From the IMG/VR virus record IMGVR_UViG_3300043313_002348, positions 1 to 64,000 of that record: 64,000 nucleotides of DNA; one strand, written 5' to 3'. Source of the DNA: a virus. The stretch's first letter is position 1; each line of letters begins with the position of its first letter. Both the position numbers and the translations under genes were made by a program. Positions 60,600 to 64,000 of the stretch are shown piece by piece. The notes beneath the pieces are model-generated. The model did not search any database and was not told the DNA's origin. It saw only the letters and a program-made list of their open reading frames with translations.

Positions 60600-61637
60600 A
60601 TGACCGAGATCGACTTTGACCCGATCGCGCGACTCAGCCGCGAGGCGCGCGCGATGGCGGTCGGCATCGACCGCGACGCGGCCAGGTACCTCGTGGACAC
60701 GTACTACAGGTGGCAGCGGCAGCGGATCGCGTTGGGAAACCAGGTGCGGACGCTGGAGAACTCCGGACAACCTACGGGAGTGCTGGAGCACTTCGGCGAC
60801 CAGACCGCGACACTCGAGCGGCAGATGATCTCCAGCTTGCTGGCGTGGGTCGAAGATCGACCCGAGGGAAAGTGGGCGCTCGGCCAACTGGGGATCGGAC
60901 CCGTTCTCGCCGCCGGCCTGTCTGCACACATTGACATCCGTAGGTCGCCGACCGTCGGCCACATCTGGCGGTTCGCCGGACTCGACCCGACACTCACGTG
61001 GCTGGGTCGCGACGCCGCTACCGCTCTCGTCGCGGAGATGTTCGGAACGCAGCGATCGTTCACGCCGGAGGACGTCGCCACGCTCGCCGAGCGGGTGAAC
61101 CGCAAGGCCGAGAACCTCCTCAAGATCATACGCGACGCACCCAGCGACGAGGACGAGGACGTCGCGCTGACCGAGGACGAAGACGAGGTGTTCCCGCGCA
61201 GCCGCGTGATCGCGACCCTCGCCCGGCGCCCGTACAACGCCAGTCTCAAGGTGTTGTGCTGGAAGATCGGCGACTCGTTCGTGAAGATCTCGAACCGACC
61301 AACCGACCAGCAAGACCACTACGGTCGTGTGTACCGCGAGCGGAAGGCGCAGGAGGTGGCGCGTAACGAGGCCGGCGCGTTCGCCACGACGGCCACTCAG
61401 ACCCTCGCGACGAGGCGCATTACGGACGTCGCGCTGCGACGTACGTACGAGGAGGGTAAGCTCCCTCCGGGGCGTCTGGACCTGCGCGCGCGGCGGGTAG
61501 CGGTCAAGCTGTTCCTGGCACACTGGCACGACGTCGCATATCGCGCCGAGTTCAACACGCCGCCACCGGCGCCGTACCCGATCGCGCATCTCGGGCACAC
61601 TCACTACATCCCGCCGTTCGCACCTAAGCAGGGGTAA
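60600..61637 (+). CDS. IS110/Nop-domain protein lacking the RuvC domain, TasA-like RNA-guided DNA-binding protein
   Basis: Coiled coil YLVDTYYRWQRQRIALGNQ, GIGPVLAAGL, IWRFAGLDP, YNASLK and ARRVAVKLFL; no DEDD or HNH domain; repeat array directly downstream. Confidence 0.8.
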   Translation: MTEIDFDPIARLSREARAMAVGIDRDAARYLVDTYYRWQRQRIALGNQVRTLENSGQPTGVLEHFGDQTATLERQMISSLLAWVEDRPEGKWALGQLGIGPVLAAGLSAHIDIRRSPTVGHIWRFAGLDPTLTWLGRDAATALVAEMFGTQRSFTPEDVATLAERVNRKAENLLKIIRDAPSDEDEDVALTEDEDEVFPRSRVIATLARRPYNASLKVLCWKIGDSFVKISNRPTDQQDHYGRVYRERKAQEVARNEAGAFATTATQTLATRRITDVALRRTYEEGKLPPGRLDLRARRVAVKLFLAHWHDVAYRAEFNTPPPAPYPIAHLGHTHYIPPFAPKQG

Positions 61638-61639
61638 CC

Positions 61640-63080
61640 GGTCGAGCCACGAGAACCGCGATAGTCTAGTGAGACATAAGAGTCGACGAGAACCTAGTTA
61701 GGGATCGAGTCGTACGTGTAGAGAGAACCGGTTGATAAAGAACGAGTCGTAGTTGTAGAGGAAACTTTTCCATCGACGAACGAGCCAGCCGATCAGTGAG
61801 AACCGTGATGCCCAATCGAGACGCATTTGATGGTGAGAACCTTATCTTGAGATCGAACCGAAGTGGTTAAGTGAGACAAAGAGCCCGACGACGGTAACGT
61901 AATGATAGATCGAGACGTGGAACAAGATTGTAACGCTTGTGGTTCGGATCGAGACGAAGAGTTTGACTGTGACGTACAACAGGGATCGAGACGAAGAGTT
62001 AGATGGTAACGCAACTCACGAGATCGAGATGAGAGTAAAGAGAGATCTGTACAAGCTGATCGAGATGAGCTACTTGACAGTTCCACTTTAGTCGATCGAG
62101 TCAAATCGAGACGAAGTACAAGATGGTAACACGCGCAAGTGATCGAGACGTTTGACCCGGACCGTAACGCGATCATGAGATCGAGACCGAAGAGACCGAC
62201 TAGGTACCCACTACCATGAGTGAATCGAGAGATAAGTTAACATCGTTTATGCCGAATGAAGACCTTGTCCCCATCACTAGTGAACCGCACGTAGATGATC
62301 GAGGCAATGCGGAAGAGAGAACTGATCAGAGCGATCGAGACGACATCAGTAAGAGAACCGTACCAGATGATGATCGAGGCGAAGCAAACGGCGAAAGAAC
62401 CGTATCTCATGATCGAGACGATGAAGATAAGAGAACCAAAGTATCAGGTCGAGACACATAGGAATAAGATAGAACCGACGTATCCGATCGAGACGATTCT
62501 AGTAAGAGAACCGAACGACGCGATCGAGACACACGTGAGAAAGAGAATCGACAGATGAGATCGAGACGAAGCTCTCGAAAGTGAACCTAAGAACTTGATC
62601 GAGACGGACGTAAACTTGGGGAGAGCACCGGAGTAGGGATCGAGACGAAGGGATCGAAGAAGATTCGATAAACGAGATCGAATCCGAGGTAAAAAACGTG
62701 AGACGACCGTCATAAGAGAACCGTACTAAGTGATCGAGCGCTAATGAAGTAAGTGAGCCGGAGATACAGATCGAGACACTTCTTCGGAGCGAGATGGAAT
62801 GGAGCTAGTGAGCCGACACTCCAGATCGAGTCGTACAGAGTGAGAGTTACCACGTCTGAATGAGCGAGTCGCAAGTACCTGAGAAATACCGGAAAAGTAA
62901 ACGAACCGTAGCACGAGTAGGCATTCATAACCCCTGTGAGTGAGTCAAAGTCAACGGGTGTCAAGAGAGCCAACTACCCGAACGTGGACGTGGATACGAA
63001 CCGAAGATCACAAGAGTACCGATCCGCACGAGTGAGTCGTGGATCTCACGAGAGAACCGAACACCTCAAACGAGATCGCG
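61640..63080 (+). ncRNA. TIGR-like tandem interspaced array (dual repeat, dual spacer, ~36-41-nt units)
   Basis: GATCGAGACG-like repeat at 61908, 61947, 61984, 62022, 62058, 62094, 62141, 62179, 62297, 62333, 62372, 62411, 62447, 62486, 62522, 62559, 62597 and 62638, alternating with AAGAGAACCG or GAYNGTAACG; variable ~8-11-nt spacers. Confidence 0.8.
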
Positions 63081-63119
63081 TGAAACCTGCGCCAGGACAT
63101 CTGGCGTGGGTTCTCGCGC
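63078..63119 (+). terminator. Hairpin closing the array
   Basis: Imperfect stem ACCTGCGCCAG / CTGGCGTGGGT. Confidence 0.45.
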
Positions 63120-63267
63120 ATTCTAAGACGACGTCGTGATTCAACGTCGTGCCGCGTGACGGTCACTCCGCTGAAGTGAGCTCAAGTGGCCGATGTTTCT
63201 TGTTGCACTGTGATGTGACTTATGCTAGTCTAGTCGTAGCAGGTAAGGAACGAGGAAGGGAAGTACG

Positions 63268-63447
63268 ATGAACCCGATCACCGTCCAGGTCTACCGAAGC
63301 CTCTCCGTCACCGACCTCGGCACCCAGATCTTGCAGATCGAGCGTCAGAACGCACAGGATGTCAGGCGAGGTCGTCGGGTGTCCGCCCACTCCGCCCAGG
63401 TGCTCAGCACCGCGAAGTCGATCTACCGCGAGCGCACCGTGCGCTGA
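63268..63447 (+). CDS. Small hypothetical protein (59 aa, not in ORF track)
   Basis: Promoter at 63203, GGAAGGG RBS and open frame MNPITVQVYRS... Confidence 0.55.
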   Translation: MNPITVQVYRSLSVTDLGTQILQIERQNAQDVRRGRRVSAHSAQVLSTAKSIYRERTVR

Positions 63448-63602
63448 CCACCGCCGCCACTAACAGAAGAAGGTAGGTCATCTGAGGAGGTGGCCCATCT
63501 TCCGCACATCGAGGTCCTCGACGCGGTTGTGACGTGCTCGGCCACACCTATCGTACGCTAGTGGACGACATATCCGTCACACCTCACGTGAGGACTCACA
63601 TC

Positions 63603-64000
63603 GTGGCTCGACCCGTCCGCGTCGTCTCAGGCTGGACCCTCGGTGGGGGCGGCCGCGTGCGTGAACTGATTACGCTGCCGTGGTGGCTGATCGTGTTAGG
63701 ACGCGTACTGCGGTGGTTCGGCGTCAGCCACCCCCTCCTAACGGCGGACGGCGTTGGCGTCGTGTACGTGTGGATCAAGACGGGAAGCCTGGCGCTCGCG
63801 CTGGCGACGGTAGCTGTGGTTGACGTGGCGTTGCTAGCCTGCCTGATCGCGGTGCTACTGCGCCTCACCGGCGCGAGTCTGAGCGCGATCATAGCGGGCA
63901 TGTCAAGGCGACGTCAACTACGGAGACAGTGGCCGGACGTAGCGGCGGCCGCCGGCCTGGTACGCACCGTCAGGGGCGACCAGGCCTACCCGCCGCTCAG
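63603..64000 (+). CDS. Membrane protein, partial (runs off right edge)
   Basis: GTG with GAGG RBS; hydrophobic segments, then RRQWPDVAAAAGL. Confidence 0.5.
   Translation, partial: MARPVRVVSGWTLGGGGRVRELITLPWWLIVLGRVLRWFGVSHPLLTADGVGVVYVWIKTGSLALALATVAVVDVALLACLIAVLLRLTGASLSAIIAGMSRRRQLRRQWPDVAAAAGLVRTVRGDQAYPPL

Larger units (their letters stand above)
44745..63255 (+). promoter_or_regulatory. Family of about 16 dispersed sigma70-type promoters with a conserved CAGGAACGAACGAGG-like leader
   Basis: -35/17-bp/-10 pairs with -35 at 48516, 48699, 50046, 50479, 51624, 52662, 53724, 54561, 55082, 56324, 56802, 58083 and 63203; -10 plus leader at 44745, 46304 and 51181. Confidence 0.8.

Noticed and set aside
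60600-61637. Active IS110 transposon
   Set aside because: No DEDD RuvC domain (the VGID stretch runs straight into the coiled coil) and no catalytic SG loop; it sits in normal phage gene context
62333-62530. Array spacers resembling the promoter leaders (e.g. acgtatc, acatcag)
   Set aside because: Matches of 7-8 nt are expected by chance in 64 kb, and no paired spacer A+B match was confirmed
61640-63080. CRISPR array
   Set aside because: Repeats are ~10 nt and alternate between two types, spacers are only ~8-11 nt, and no cas operon is present
61793-63139. Short ORFs within the array (e.g. 62216-62461, 62295-62558)
   Set aside because: Recurring DRD/IET/SR peptides come from the nucleotide repeats; unit lengths often break frame and composition is unlike the phage genes
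1-64000. Integrase, repressor or att site
   Set aside because: No recombinase motifs recognised in this window, so lifestyle cannot be called

Overview
A 64-kb segment of a GC-rich tailed actinobacteriophage; no host chromosomal genes are recognisable. From ~24.3 kb leftward the genes are on the minus strand: primase-polymerase and D5-type helicase, an AT-rich origin-like gap, small hypotheticals, lysis genes, ThyX, terminases, portal, a MuF-ART fusion, a second ART, and a 2H-phosphoesterase/capsid-protease fusion that runs off the left edge. From ~24.4 kb rightward the genes are on the plus strand: nucleotide metabolism, DNA polymerase A, RuvC-like resolvase, helicase, recombination genes, a DNA-glycosylation cluster, and ~19 kb of small genes driven by about 16 related sigma70-type promoters with a shared leader motif, plus a tRNA-Leu(UAA). 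Two systems stand out. (1) A nuclease-less IS110/Nop-family protein (60600-61637) is followed by a ~1.4-kb non-coding array of ~36-41-nt units with two alternating repeats and two short variable spacers; this is a TIGR-Tas (TasA)-like RNA-guided system with two loop-repeat classes. (2) A T4-like cytosine hypermodification pathway combines an Asp-type thymidylate-synthase homologue, a kinase-UDG fusion, a dCTPase-like enzyme and a beta-glucosyltransferase-like enzyme with an RGP/STELLO (GT75)-like protein, an SDR epimerase and an atypical C5-methyltransferase, suggesting an unusual sugar on DNA. All protein calls come from motif recognition by eye; no database searches were run.
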